From NCBI GenBank assembly GCA_951406725.2, contig OX597823.1, forward strand, positions 51,832,001 through 51,896,000: a DNA stretch of 64,000 nucleotides, in the 5' to 3' direction. The first letter of the stretch is position 1, and each line of letters opens with the position of its first letter. Source of the DNA: Octopus vulgaris. Taxonomy: Eukaryota. The notes beneath the pieces were generated by a model, which was not told the DNA's origin, ran no database searches, and worked only from the letters and a program-made list of their open reading frames with translations. Both the position numbers and the translations under genes were made by a program. Below are positions 13,098 to 26,310 of this stretch, one piece after another.

Positions 13098-13934
13098 TCT
13101 CTGTCTACCAAATCCACTCACAAGACTTTAGTAAGCCTGGAGCTATAGTAGAAGGTACTTGCCCAAGGTGCCATGGTGGCTGAGAAGCAAACTTCTTAAC
13201 AACCAACAACCATTCCTGTATTTTCTGTCTACCAAATTTCATTCACAAAGCATCAAAGCTGAGGCTAGGGTAGAAGATACTTGCTTAAGCTTCAATTTAT
13301 GAAGATTGAATGAGAAATCATGTAGTCGATGCAAAGTGAGCTTCACAACCTGGAAATCATATGCAATGTATACAGTTTAGAGTTTAGGTGAAAGGTCAGA
13401 AGAGCATTTGAACAGCTACATCGGAAAGAAATCTGTATTTATAACTTTCCCAAATTAGCTGGGCAAATATGCCAGACCAATCAATATCTTATTGATATGA
13501 CATCTACACCTTTGGTATGCATGTCTTATTAATACACCCGGAAGATCTATTAGTATGACAGGCCAGAGAACTGGTCAGCACAACAGAATGCATATCTCTT
13601 CTTAAATATAAGTATGTGTGGCCGGCCCCAGTGCACTTTATTCAGGGTGAACAGGAGAAGTCACACAATATGATTGGTGCATAATATATCTCTAATATTT
13701 TCCTTCTTTTATATTAAATGTTACACTCCTTTATGTTGTCATTTCAAACTTTACAGTTCATCTTTCTGAATGTTTAAAATACAGTACCAGACAAATTTAA
13801 AAAATTTTTTTTTAGTATCACCTAATACGCGACCTTTACAATTTACTTTCTGGTACCCATAGCAAGCATTTCTCATCAACCGACGACGATATTAATATGA
13901 GTGCTTTTATGCACTATATAACTATATTATACTT

Positions 13935-14790
13935 ATCTATTATATAAAATCCATTCTGTCTGTCTGTGTGTCTTCTATGATCTCGGGCATCTTCCATCTG
14001 ATTGCGCTCAAATTTGATATGTAGATACCGACAGTATCAAGGCATGTATAAATCTTTAAAAGATTACAAAAATCAATTCTAGGTGAGAATGCGATCGATA
14101 AAACCGTGGGAATGTGCATTTGTACATACAAGTACATCAGCTGTTGCGATCGATACTATATGTACGCGAGAAAAATGCAGTGTCTCAAATTTAGGTTAAA
14201 TCAGTGTTTCTCAAAGGGGAGGCCCATGGGACAGTCGGAAAAGTTGTTTTGAGAAAATTTGGTCTAAATGTTTGACAACTCAGCACCATCCATTGGATGG
14301 GTGGCATTTTGCTTGTTATATATATGTATAAGTTAGGATTATTAAGCTAATCAAGTTCTTTATTTCAAACCATATGAAGTAACATCAACATCAAATTTGA
14401 GCGAAATCCATTGAAATTGGTAAACTTTTGGCTGAAAATGAGTTGCAGACAACTTGATTGGGTAATCCCATGAGGAATCAGTTATCGATTTTTTTCTCTC
14501 ATCGATTTTGTTTTTCCATTTTTGGAGAACTTAAAGCATTCAAAGATCCCATGAATCCTAAGTAATGCTCACATCAAGTTTGAACAAAATACATCAAAAT
14601 TGGTAATAGTTATAGTTGAAAATGGGGTGTAACCAATTTTATTGGGAAATCCTATAAGGAATCGGTTTATTGATGCTTTTAATATCCTGGTTAAATGGAA
14701 AACCCCATAAAGAATCAGTTTATTGATTTTTCACCCCAAATAGGACTTAACTGAACACAATAATGCTGATTCAAAAGCATCTATATTTAT
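13935..14790 (+). mobile_element. Helitron-like non-autonomous element with internal ~185-bp repeats
   Basis: Starts (a)TCTATTATATAAAA followed by (ctgt)n; internal units at about 14381-14490, 14564-14675 and a partial at 14703. Confidence 0.45.
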
Positions 14791-15046
14791 ACTTTAAAGT
14801 TGGTTCTCACACCCATCCCAGTTCTGCAGAATCAGTGTCAAGACGGGAGCGCATGGGTTGGGAGTTTTATAGGCAGAGGTGATCAGGATGCACATGCCAG
14901 CCCTTTGAAAACACCACTGCCATCATCTAAACCCCCTTTGCCTATGGGTTGGGAACCTTTCCAGCAAGGAAAATAGAATGCCCAAAAGGCTTCCCAATCC
15001 TCTGTGTCAGAAGCAGTTATGTTCAGATCACAACAAAGTCTTAAGT

Positions 15047-15092
<46 letters not shown>

Positions 15093-15344
15093 GCAACATA
15101 CACACACACACACACGTATGTACGTACACCTATTGTATACATGTTTTTTGTACGCATACATGTTCATGTTTGTTGCCCATATATCAACAAAACACCTTTT
15201 TCCTCGATGGAAAAAAAACAACAAAAGTCTTAACAAAAACTTACTCGTCACTTGAAGAGGACTTAACTCCTGTTTGTAAACAATTTCTCTGACTTGAAAA
15301 TTGTTAAAAGTTTTGGTTGAAAATTTATTTTTACTGCTATTCGC

Positions 15345-15502
15345 TGGTGCCTCCGAGAAAAATAAGTTGATGAAAATACAGCTAGGATTATGACGAATGT
15401 CCTCCTAAAATTGGAGCGACATGCATGCTAATTTGTGGGCATGCTTAAATTATATTCACTTATATACACACACACATCCTACCTTTTATATATACTGATA
15501 TA
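15345..15502 (-). mobile_element. Helitron-like element 5' end (copy of 27798)
   Basis: gtcctcctaaaattggagcgacatgcatgctaatttgtgg is the reverse complement of about 27863-27903. Confidence 0.6.
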
Positions 15503-16111
15503 TATATCTGTTTATATGTGAATATATATATATTGTATATATTTATGTTATATATGTCTGTATGTATATGCATATGTTTATTATATATATATATATGTAT
15601 ATATGTGCATGTGTGTATGTATGTATACACACACATGCACATGTATATTTATATGCATGTATAGCAATTTTAAAACTATGTTTCTTACTAATAGCTTGTT
15701 ATGTGTGATAATATTCTCAGTGAATATAAACATAACCGCTACCACTACTACAGCTGTTAACTTTTCTAAATATCATATTTATGATAATGCTTAACACAGT
15801 AACAGTAAATAAATCCTAATTATTATTGTATAATCTTCATTGTAGTATCTGCATCATTAATATAAAGATTGGACCAAATCATTATTGTGGCAGACAAACT
15901 GCTTTGAGGGATTTTTTCTGGTTCCTTAGATTCTGTGTTCAAATTCTACTGAGGTCAACTTTACCCTTTTTCTGTTGGGGGTGGTGGAAGGGGTTAATAA
16001 AATATGGTTGAGTTAATTGATGGGATCACTATCATCAGCTTGCCCTCTCCTGTCAAAATTGCTGACCTTGTGTCAAGATTAGAGTGAATTGGTATTGATA
16101 TTATTACTATT

Positions 16112-16330
16112 AAGGTGGCGAGCTGGCAGAATCGTTAGCATGCTGGGCGAAATGCTTAGTGGTATTTTGTCTGCCGTTACATTCTGAGTTCAAATTCCAC
16201 TGAGGTCGAGTTTGCTTTTCATCCTTTTGGGATCAATAAAATAGGTACCAGTTGAGTACTGGGAGTTGATGTAATTGACAATCCCCCTCCCCCAGATTTC
16301 ATAGCTTGTGCTTATAGTAGAAAGGATTAT
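16112..16330 (+). mobile_element. SINE family B with (ATT)n tail
   Basis: aaggtggcgagctggcagaatcgttagc...ctgagttcaaattcc... Confidence 0.88.
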
Positions 16331-16334
16331 TATT

Positions 16335-16365
<31 letters not shown>

Positions 16366-16403
16366 TTTAAAAGGGATTGACGGAACTCTTCACAAAGGTA
16401 AAC

Positions 16404-16507
16404 AGTCAAGACGAAGAGTGCGAATCGATTGTAAGACAGACGTACTGTTGAAATATCGTTCAACTAATAAACTTTCTTACAATCAAATCGTGCTCTTCGT
16501 CTTGACT
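16404..16507. repeat. 33-bp inverted repeat
   Basis: agtcaagacgaagagtgcgaatcgattgtaaga (16404-16436) vs tcttacaatcaaatcgtgctcttcgtcttgact (16475-16507). Confidence 0.85.
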
Positions 16508-16547
16508 ATTATTATTATCATTATTATTATTATTATTTTTATTATTA

Positions 16548-16579
<32 letters not shown>

Positions 16580-16602
16580 TATTATTATCATTATGATTAT
16601 TG

Positions 16603-16820
16603 AAGGTGGCAAGCTGGCAGAATCAATTAGTATGCCAGGCAAAATGCCTAGCAGCATTTCACCCACCTTTATGTCCTGAGTTCAAATTCTTCTGAGGTTG
16701 GCTTTACCTATCATCCTTTCAGCATTGATAAAATAAATACCAGTGAAAAACTGAGGTCCATGTAATTGACTAGTGCCCTCCAACAAATTTCAGGCCATGT
16801 GCCTTCAATAGAAAAGATTA
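16603..16820 (+). mobile_element. SINE family B
   Basis: aaggtggcaagctggcagaatc...ctgagttcaaattc... Confidence 0.85.
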
Positions 16821-16919
16821 TCATCATTATTGTTATTATTATTATTACTTTTATTATTATTGTTATTATTATTATTATCATTATTGTTATTTTTATTATT
16901 GTTATTATTATTATTGTTA

Positions 16920-16951
<32 letters not shown>

Positions 16952-16972
16952 GTTATTATTATTATTATTATT

Positions 16973-17019
<47 letters not shown>

Positions 17020-17086
17020 TATTATTATTATTATTATCATTATTATTATTATTATCATTATTATTATTACTTTTATTGTTATTATT

Positions 17087-17130
<44 letters not shown>

Positions 17131-17132
17131 TA
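16820..17132. repeat. (ATT)n/(ATC)n compound microsatellite
   Basis: Direct inspection; source of the poly-I/N/D ORFs. Confidence 0.95.
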
Positions 17133-17134
17133 CT

Positions 17135-17345
17135 GAGGTGGTGATTAGACAGAATTGTTAATAAACCAGGAAAAATGCTTAGCAGCATTTCTTCAGTTTT
17201 TACATTCTTAGTTCATATTCTGCTGAGGAAAACTTTGTCTTTCATCCCTCTGGCGCCAATGAAACAAGTACCAGTTCAGCACTGGGGGTTATGGTAATCG
17301 ACTTACTCACTCTCCAGAAATTGCTAACCTCATAGCAAAATTCAA
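17135..17345 (+). mobile_element. SINE family B, diverged
   Basis: gaggtggtgattagacagaattgtta...tttcatccctctggcgccaatgaaacaagtaccagtt. Confidence 0.7.
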
Positions 17346-17923
17346 AAAGATCATCATCATCATCATCATCATCACCACCACCAATTCCACCACCACCACC
17401 ACCACCACCACCACCACCACCACTACCACCACCACCATCATCACCATCATCATCAATATCAGTAGTAATAGTAGTAGTAGTAGTAGTAGTAGTAACAGCA
17501 GCAGTAGCAAAGGTGGCAATTGTGGGATGGGAGTGGTGGTGGTGGTGGTGGTGGTGGTGGTAGCTGCAGTGCATGATGATGTTGCTCTCATTTCACGTTA
17601 CTAATCAGCAAACGTGCTTCCTTTAATTGTCACTATGATCAACTGCACAGCAACATGCAATTCAGTAGTTAAACATGCATTTGCACATTCATATATGCAC
17701 ATACACACACACACACACACATACACACATATGCACACACATTTAAACACACATGCACAAACTCACCAGCATATTCTATTCATAGACATGTAGTCAAACA
17801 CTCAAGTCTAACACACCATACAGAAAATGTTATGCACAGTTGTTCATATATATACATGGCAGTGATATATACACATATACACTGCCTACATCATAAATAT
17901 ATATACATACATGTATATATATA

Positions 17924-17969
<46 letters not shown>

Positions 17970-17974
17970 TATAT

Positions 17975-18040
<66 letters not shown>

Positions 18041-18580
18041 ACGTATATGGAAATATTTGCTATCACTTCTAATGATGCATATGTTAGCGAGCATGCATGC
18101 TACACATGTATTTGTAGAGCTTGAACATATATGGACAGCCAATTATTTACATTTCTCCTCTTCCTAAAATGCTTATTAATAAATTAGATTTATGTTGTAA
18201 CATATTTCTGATATATGTGTATGCATGTGAATGCATATATATGTGTGTATGTATATGTGTGTGTGTTGCATATTTGTATTCGAATGTGTATTTGTGCATA
18301 TAAAGTCATGTGTGTGTGTATACATGTATATGTGTTAATATATATATACATGAATGTATGTATGTGTGAGTCTGTTTAGATATGTATGTCCTATTGATAA
18401 TTATATAAATATGCAGAGTAATCTTATGCATAACTATAGAGATGATATAAATATTCAACATATGGTTTTCTGAGCTCAAATCTCACTTAGGTCTTAGAAA
18501 CTATTACTATTATACTTGGAAACATGAATGAATAAATGGGAATGCATATGATCATATACATGTATATATGTATATATGTG

Positions 18581-18645
<65 letters not shown>

Positions 18646-18669
18646 ATGTGTGTAAATATGTATGTGCAC

Positions 18670-18893
18670 ATGTGTGTCTTTGTGTCTGTGTTTATCCCCC
18701 ACCACTGCTCGACAACCGATGTTGGTGTGTTTATATTCTTGTAACTTAGCAGTTTGGCAAAAGAGACAGATAAAATAAGTACCATGTTTAAGATAAAATA
18801 AGTACTGGGATCAAATCATTTGACTAAAATTCTTCAAAACAATGCCCCGACATGGCCACAGTATACCGACTGGAACAAGTAAAAGATAAAAGA
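18670..18893 (+). mobile_element. SINE family A, 3' half
   Basis: gacaaccgatgttggtgtgttt...ggcaaaagagacagataaaataagtacc...catggccacag...aacaagtaaaagataaaag. Confidence 0.8.
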
Positions 18894-20388
18894 ATGTACA
18901 GACTCTTCTACTGCTTTTACCTTGCACATATGATGTACATAGTATGTTTCTGCTGTTTCTTACTTAACTCACCACCTGTATCATTCACACCTGTTAGTAT
19001 ATGTGCATCCTCATTCAGTTTTTCCCAATTTTTTCTATTATACTGAACGTTCTTGTGTGTGGCTTTCACTGCAATCTGGAAGCTGCTGTCTGATATAACA
19101 ATTTTGGTCAGGTTCTTGTGCAACAGGTAACGTTTTGTTATTTCACCAGTTATATTTGCCAGTCAAGGACCAGAATATTGTCAGCTATTTTGCCATATAT
19201 ATATATATGGCAGGGAAAGCTATATTTCTCACTTAGCTGCCTTATTTCCTTTTACCTCACCTCTAGAGAATGCATTCTGACACTATCCTTTCATATGGAC
19301 TTGAGTGAAAACAGCATACATAGCAGAATCTGCCACTGTCCTCTCGCATTTTCTTTTGTCTTAAATAACATGGTAAGCTGAACTAGAAGTGATTTGCTAA
19401 TTTCTATTTCCACCAAGATAAAAGTATGAATCTTATCTTTTTTCTTATTTTTACTTTTCTACCAATATTTTCTTGTAAACTTGTGCCAAACTTAAGAATA
19501 TTCATCTAATGTTATTTCTGAAGTACTGAATTACGTATTTGCCCTTACACACAAGAAAATGAATACAAACATTTTTTGCACCACATTATGTTTGTGTATT
19601 GATGTTAAATATTGAAACTTGTCTACATCTGAATCACCAGCCAAACAAGTTTGTTACTTTTTTATCAATATGCATTGCCTTCATTTTCATTTTCAGCCAG
19701 CATTCCCAACCTTTGTAACAGCACGTACTGTTTAATCACTTTTAAATGAGGTTCTACTTAGACTGGATTGCAGCAATGCTTTGAAAAAAAACTGATATAT
19801 GTAACTTTATTATTGCTAACTCTTCAAGCCTAAATCTGTGCCCAAATACCATACACACACACACATAAACTGTATAAAAATAATATATATGTGTATATAT
19901 GTACATATGTATGTATATATGTACGTATATATTTACGTATATATATATGCATTTATAAAAAAACTACATCATTTATAGATACATATATATATCAAGAAAG
20001 AGATGGATGGAGATAGTATTTTTGCACCAGTAAAAAGTTATCCTTTTAACTGATAATTACGGATATTTCAAAATGGTAACTTTTGCTTTTACCTGTTCAG
20101 TAATTGTTTATTTTGTGAAGAATAAGGAAATAATATTTGTATACACACTGATTGATAATGCTCTATAAAATCATGGCAGAAATATTTATTATTTCAGGTA
20201 TCATAGTGCTGATGTATCCTGATAAATATTTGGATTGTTTTAGTGAATTATGTTGCTTCTTAGTACATGTATGTATGTATGTATGTATGTATGTATGTAT
20301 GTATGTATGTATGTATGTGTGTGTGTGTGTGTTTGTGTATGTGTGTTTATGTATAATAATAATAATAATGATAATGATAATAATAATC

Positions 20389-20419
<31 letters not shown>

Positions 20420-20559
20420 TAATAATAGTAATAATAATAATAATAATAGTAATAATAATAATAATAACAATAATAATGATAATAATAATGATGATGATGT
20501 TTATCCCCCACCATGATGATGAAATTATTGTGTATCATGCTTAGGTGCTTTACAAGTCA

Positions 20560-20815
20560 TCAAAGGTGCATCTATAGTACATAGAATTATGTACAAAAAT
20601 CAGGATAATGAACAGTGCACAAGTCATAGTATACATACATGCATGCATATGGAATGGGAATATCAGGTGTAGTGTTGGCGAATTTCAGGAAGCATGGAGG
20701 TTTTAAAGGATGCAATGTCTCAGCAGCTAACAAATGGTGCAGGTAGTTTGTACCATGCTTCAGCAACTCTGAGTGTAAAAAATGTTTCTGAAAGTCATGG
20801 AAGCCGTGTTGTTTT
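20560..20815 (-). mobile_element. CR1/L2-type LINE 3' end remnant
   Basis: Minus strand reads approximately HDFQKHF/FTLRVAEAWYKLPAPFVSC*DIASFKTSM (one frameshift), like the CR1 ORF2 C-terminal FFxxRVxxxWNxLPxxVV...FK motif. Confidence 0.65.
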
Positions 20816-20819
20816 CTGA

Positions 20820-20932
20820 CTATCAATCTCTTTTGCCAAACTGCAGAGTTACGAAGACATAGACACACCAGCATCGGTTGTCAAGTGATGGTGGGGGGAC
20901 AAGCACAGACACACAAACATATATATATACAC

Positions 20933-20989
<57 letters not shown>

Positions 20990-21150
20990 CTTCTTTCAGT
21001 TTCCATCTACCAAATCCACTCATAAGGCTTTGGTCGATCTGAGGCTATAGTAGAAGACACTTGCCCAAGGTGCCACACAGTGGAACAAACTGAACCTGGA
21101 ACTATGTGGTTGGGAAGCAAGCTTCTTACTCCACAGCCACGTCTGTACCT
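20820..21150 (-). mobile_element. SINE family A, 3'-truncated
   Basis: Head, internal (TA)n and cagcatcggttgtcaag body. Confidence 0.85.
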
Positions 21151-22102
21151 ATATATATATATATTTCTATTTTTTAGTCCCCCACATCAGCTCTGTTTGA
21201 GGAGACATTTGTTCAAAGCCATTTCTGATTAGTAGCAGATAAGACTTTATTATCTAAAACCTCCTTTTCGTTTTAATGAAGCATAATGTTATTTGTGTCT
21301 AAATCAGTCAATATTTTTAGCAGTTCAAGGGATTGTTTAAAGACTCTCTTGTAGGCTGGTTTTTGTACACATAAGTTGTGACTGTTTACTCACAGGCCAG
21401 CCTTGACTGTGTAGACTTATGATGAAATGTATTCCAGCTATAATCATCTTTTCTATTTTTGTTTATTCTTACTTTCTCAAGCATGTGTTGTAGATTACAT
21501 TATCTGTGTTTCTTTTTGAATATGTATGGTATGTTTTGAAGAAGATTTGGTTGCTATTTCTAGCAGACAAAGAAACTACATCAAGACTCTATCATTGGCT
21601 CTTATATGTATGTATGTATCTGTTTTACTGCCAGATATTACTACCTCTATGGCATATGCCTATAACTAGATCCATTGGTGATAATGATACATACATTTTG
21701 AGTTCACCGTTTAATTTAATTTGCCTTTATCTCAAATGTTCTGCATTAGCAAATACACTCAAATTCACTGGACTTTCAAAGTAGTTACAAGAAAGTTCCT
21801 CTTGTGATATAACTATCTGGTTCATCACCTAAACATCTTAGACTGCATCAGTTTTTGGCACAAACTTGGTAAATATAAGTTCACAAGCATATTATCTATA
21901 TTAACAATAATCTTTCAGTCTGTGTTCCAGGCAAGGCTTTGCTTAACACTGCAGTCTTACACAGACTATGTTTGAAAAGAAAGCAATGGGTTGCATTAGA
22001 TGATATATAAGCAGTGTATTTCATCAAAAATACTGTGTTAAACAGGTAAGATAACATCAATTTAGGTGCAGAAATAACTGTGTGAATATGGTGTTCACCT
22101 TC

Positions 22103-22232
22103 ATAAGCACATTGTATTTGAGTTCTCTTGCTCTCTACATGGGAACTTGGGTAAGTGTCTTCTTACTCTAGCCTCAGGGTGCCAAATGCCTTGTGAGGGG
22201 AACTGATTGATACAAACTGTATGGAAGCCTAT
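22103..22232 (+). mobile_element. SINE family A head, diverged
   Basis: cttgggtaagtgtcttc...tgccttgtgag...gaagcct followed by (TA)n. Confidence 0.6.
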
Positions 22233-22234
22233 TA

Positions 22235-22280
<46 letters not shown>

Positions 22281-22299
22281 TGTGTGTGTGTGTGTGTCA

Positions 22300-22581
22300 T
22301 GGCACATGTGGCCTAGTGGTTAGGGAGTTGCACTTATGATTGCTAGATTGTGGATTCAATTCCTAGATCAAGTTGTGCATGCTTTTGAGTAAAACACTTC
22401 ATTTCACATTTGTCCAGTCCACTCAGCTGAAATGGGTAACCCAGTGATGAACCAGTCTTCCAAGTAGGGGGAATGTTGGTAGCCAGTAGGGTTGCCCGTT
22501 CAAAAACTAAAAGGATGCAAAGCACATCATGGCCAGTGATGCATAATGACATCTAAAAGTTTGATCATTCACATGATCATG

Positions 22582-22585
<4 letters not shown>
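22300..22585 (+). mobile_element. tRNA-derived SINE family D
   Basis: A box gtggcctagtggttagg, B box ggattcaattcct, then aaaacacttcatttcac...tccactcagctg. Confidence 0.75.
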
Positions 22586-22612
<27 letters not shown>

Positions 22613-22714
22613 GATATATGTCTGTATGAGTTAGATGTTAAGCAACCATCTAATGTATAATGAATATCCAATATACTACAGGATGTATACCTACACATTT
22701 ATATCCAAGTGCAC

Positions 22715-22976
22715 CACACAAACGTGGCTGATGCCAGCACCGCCTTCACTGGCTTCCGTGCCTGTGGTACGTAAAAAGCACCACCCAATCATGGTCAATG
22801 CCAATCCCCTCTGGCCCCTGTACCACCCATTACACACTCGGAGAGGTTGGCATTAGAAACACTGCCTGATCAGACTGGAATCTGGTGCAGCAGCCTGGCT
22901 TCCCAGACCCCAGTCGAACTGTCCAACTCATGCCAGAATGGAAAACGGACATTAAACGATGATGATGATGATGATG
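22715..22976 (+). mobile_element. SINE-like family C
   Basis: ggtacgtaaaaagcacc...cagactggaatctggtgcagc...ggaaaacggacattaaac(gat)n. Confidence 0.8.
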
Positions 22977-23050
22977 TTTACCATTGCAAGGCAGTATCAC
23001 AATTGAATACTAGGGATGACTGGGAGTAAAACAGAAATTTACCCAGAATT

Positions 23051-23305
23051 TATAAGGCAAATAAGAAAATGGAGAGGATAATCAATTGACAAACATTCAG
23101 TTATATCTATTTATTAATTGATTACAATCATATATATGTCATCAAAATAAACAAATGAAATAAGCAAATAAACAAGTAAATAAATCATTCATTCATTTGT
23201 TTATTTTGATTACTTATACATATAATTGTAATCAATAAATATATATAAAAGAATGTTTACAGACTGATGTCTGTCAATTGAGTATCCTCACCATTTTCTT
23301 ATTTG

Positions 23306-23312
<7 letters not shown>
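23051..23312. repeat. ~260-bp imperfect palindrome
   Basis: tataaggcaaataagaaaatggagaggataatcaattgaca vs tgtcaattgagtatcctcaccattttcttatttgccttata; inner arms about 23117-23160 vs 23192-23236. Confidence 0.85.
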
Positions 23313-23350
<38 letters not shown>

Positions 23351-24315
23351 TATTTATTTATATCTATATAATATGAATTATTTACATGTTTTTAAGTTAT
23401 GAAACAATTTCTCATGATATTAGAATTTACTTATTATTAAATAAAATTTTATCAAACTATTTTGCTGTCACTTTTTACTTCGTATGTATGTATGTATGTA
23501 TGTATGTATGTATGTATGTATGTATGTATGTATGTATGTATGTATGTATGTATGTATGTAGTGTATGTATATAACACACACAAACATGGATGTGGGCGTA
23601 TGTGTGTCTCTGCTAACTTGTTTGCAAAATACCATTCAAGCAGAGAAAGGTATCATTGTGTTGATATTCCATTATAACAGATAGTTCTGTAGCTCTGTAC
23701 TTTCAAAGACAGTTGGAAGATACATCCCTTAGTTGAAAAACATTGTAAAGGTTAGCAACAGGAAAGGCTCCATGCAGTAAAATAATGCTTCAATAAGTTT
23801 TCATCTGATCCATGATAGCATGGGGAAAAAAAATGGACATAACATGAACAAGCATGTCCAGCTCAAGAAAAATAATTATCAGACATTTATGAAAAGACGT
23901 TATGTAAATGACTGGCATATTTTACAAATCTTAGGGTTTATCAAATGTAAAATCATCCGACGAGGTTTGAACACGTATCAAAAAGGAATGAAACCAAATA
24001 CTGTTAAGAGATTTAGTCTACAAAGGCACCCTCTCTGGCAATCCATCACACTTCTTTCATATGAATAATAGAATAGTATCTTATTAGAAATACATCAGTA
24101 TCTAGATTAAATTTGTAATGATTGATCATGAATACATTTTATACAGTATCATTGTACTGAAGCAGATGTAATATTGGATATTACTGTTGAATACTAATTT
24201 GAAATAGCTACCTATTCGATATATCTATTATGGTTCGCAAAATATACTAAGTATTCAACATCAATTTTACTACTGTCCTCAATTAATAACTCTAAATAAA
24301 AAATTACTTTCGAAT

Positions 24316-24515
24316 TTTGGCACAAGGCCAGCAGTTTTGAGCAAGTCAGTGAGTTGATTACATCAACTCCAGTGCTCAACTGGGACTTATTTTATTAATC
24401 CCCAAAAGATGAAAGGCAAAGTCACCCCCAGTGGAATTTGAACTCGGAACACAAAGACAGAAAAATATCACTATGCATTTTGCCCAATCTGCTAACAATT
24501 CTGCCAACTCACTAG
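24316..24515 (-). mobile_element. SINE family B, diverged
   Basis: ttggcacaaggccagca...gatgaaaggcaaagtc...ggaatttgaactc...tgctaacaattctgcca. Confidence 0.75.
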
Positions 24516-25056
24516 CCTTGACCCTAAATAATAAATTATTCAGTTTGTTTTCAAGAATATACAATAGATTCAAAATGTGTGAGTTTCTATTTGATCCAGG
24601 TGTATCAAAAGTACAAAAAATTGCTCGTAACAAGGTCAGTATGGCAGTGCTGATAAGCTGTATGAGTGTGTAAGGGTAGTGTAAAGATTTTATCATTTGT
24701 ACACAATGTATCTCATACCAAGGCAGATTTGACTTGGGAAGACCAGTGAAATATATTTTAGATTGGAAAGCAGTTAGAGCATCCAGTCCGGAATGTGAAA
24801 AGTTCATAATAGTTCATTTTTTTATAGGTAAAAGTATTAAAATGATCAAAATTGATCTGATACCTGGACTGCCCATTTAAGCTTATACCAGCTCAAATGA
24901 TATAGTGCCTATAGCCATTTTTGATTTAGGTAGGTCTCACACCCCTACACTAAATGTTGGTAGAGTTTAGCCACCATGCAGTGGACTCATAGTTGAGTGC
25001 CTGAATAACACCTTATAGCTTCATCAAAGCCTTGAATATGAAGTATTATATATATA

Positions 25057-25237
25057 TGTAGTATTTTAACATGTATAAGGAACCCTGTTTTGTCAAAAAT
25101 TAGGTTAAAAAGTATGGGAGTTTCTTATACATGGTTAGTATTTATAATTCCTTACAAAACCATTTTTCCAAATTTTAAGCCCCAAAAATTAGGGGGCTAC
25201 CTTATACATGTGGGTTCCTCATACACGTTATAATATA

Positions 25238-25240
<3 letters not shown>
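25057..25240. mobile_element. pogo/Tigger-type MITE
   Basis: TIRs gtattttaacatgtataaggaacc and ggttcctcatacacgttataatat, TA-flanked; internal repeats of cttatacatg; resembles the pogo TACCGTATTTT...TATAAG terminus. Confidence 0.6.
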
Positions 25241-25274
<34 letters not shown>

Positions 25275-25796
25275 ATGTGATACATATATTGACAGACAGC
25301 CAGACAGATAGATAGACACACACACATATGTGGCTTTTCACACTTTTGCTTTCCTACAGGAGTATGGTTATTACATGAGCCTGTGAAGTTCATCATAGCA
25401 ATACATAATGTTGGGACAATTGCAATGATAATCGTAATATTAGTTAGTCTGAATGCATGAATACTTCTATAAAATTAATAACTATGAATGTACATCGATT
25501 CCTTATTCACTTTGAACACACTCCTTTTCATTGTTGCCCACAAAATGAACTAAAGTATGTGTATATTATATATATATGAATTATATAATATATAATAACT
25601 ATAATATATACTCACATATAGATTGATAGATATTTAGATAGATAGATAGATAGATAGATAGATATCTGAGTTTTGTATGATTGCACATCAAAGAATATAG
25701 TAATGAATGAAATTCTAACACAGTCTTATTTTCACATTTTATTATTTACAATTTTTACAATTTTACAATTTTACAATATTATATGGTTATTGTGAT

Positions 25797-25835
25797 AAAA
25801 CTAGTACTTTCATGTGTTATGTAATCATCAGGTAT
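25797..25835 (-). ncRNA. Minimal type I hammerhead ribozyme motif (Penelope pLTR type), decayed stem II
   Basis: Minus strand: atac CTGATGA ttacataacacat GAAA gtac TA gtttt; AGTACT palindromic stem III. Confidence 0.6.
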
Positions 25836-25895
25836 ATGTCATAGTAGTGACAGTAGTGTCCGCAATTGACAACATGGTTGTCACTAATGCTACAT

Positions 25896-25933
25896 AAACC
25901 TCATGACTGTGTAATGCATGAAAGTACTAGTTT
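25896..25933 (+). ncRNA. Minimal type I hammerhead motif, inverted partner of 25797 (core G5C)
   Basis: aaac CTCATGA ctgtgtaatgcat GAAA gtac TA gttt; stem I aaac/gttt, stem II tgtg/tgca (includes G-U pairs). Confidence 0.6.
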
Positions 25934-26007
25934 TATCACAATAAGTATATAATATTCTATTATTATAATATTGTAAAATTTGTAAATTTAAATTTTCTTT
26001 TTATTTA

Positions 26008-26308
26008 TGCACCTTTTTCAAGCCTAGCCAGACTCATGGGCCCAGTTTCCCGGTTTCTGTGGCGTATGTGTTCCCCCCAGCTGTACAGGATGCCAGTCCA
26101 TCACAAGAAGAAAGAAACAGGAAGAAAGGGTGTGAGAAAGTTGGGGCAAAGGAGTACAACAGGGATCACCACCACCCCCTGCCGGAGTCTCATGGAGTTT
26201 TAGGTGTTTTTGCTCAATAAACACACACAACGCCCGGTTTGGGAATTGAAACCGTGATCCTCTGACCACGAGTCTGCTGCACTAACCATTGGGCCATTGT
26301 GCCTCCAC
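26008..26308 (-). mobile_element. tRNA-derived SINE family D (same head as 40933)
   Basis: Reverse complement of gtggaggcacaatggcccaatggttagtgcagcagactcgtggtcagaggatcacggtttcaattccc. Confidence 0.88.
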
Positions 26309-26310
26309 TG

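Noticed and set aside
15247-15338. Possible hammerhead (gtcac TTGAAGA ggac...gtt GAAA...TA) with a long stem II
   Set aside because: Core C3 is altered and stem I' does not pair; it may be a decayed copy but is not supportable alone
16711-17591. Long poly-I/L/N/D/H ORFs (also at 37017, 52684, 60670)
   Set aside because: Translations of stop-free trinucleotide microsatellites
18900-19700. Possible decayed hAT transposase on the minus strand
   Set aside because: Only scattered weak resemblances (WEKL, SVL..NNIR); needs a profile search
23955-24012. CCGACGA ggttt...aaacc motif
   Set aside because: No GAAA after stem II and no convincing stem I
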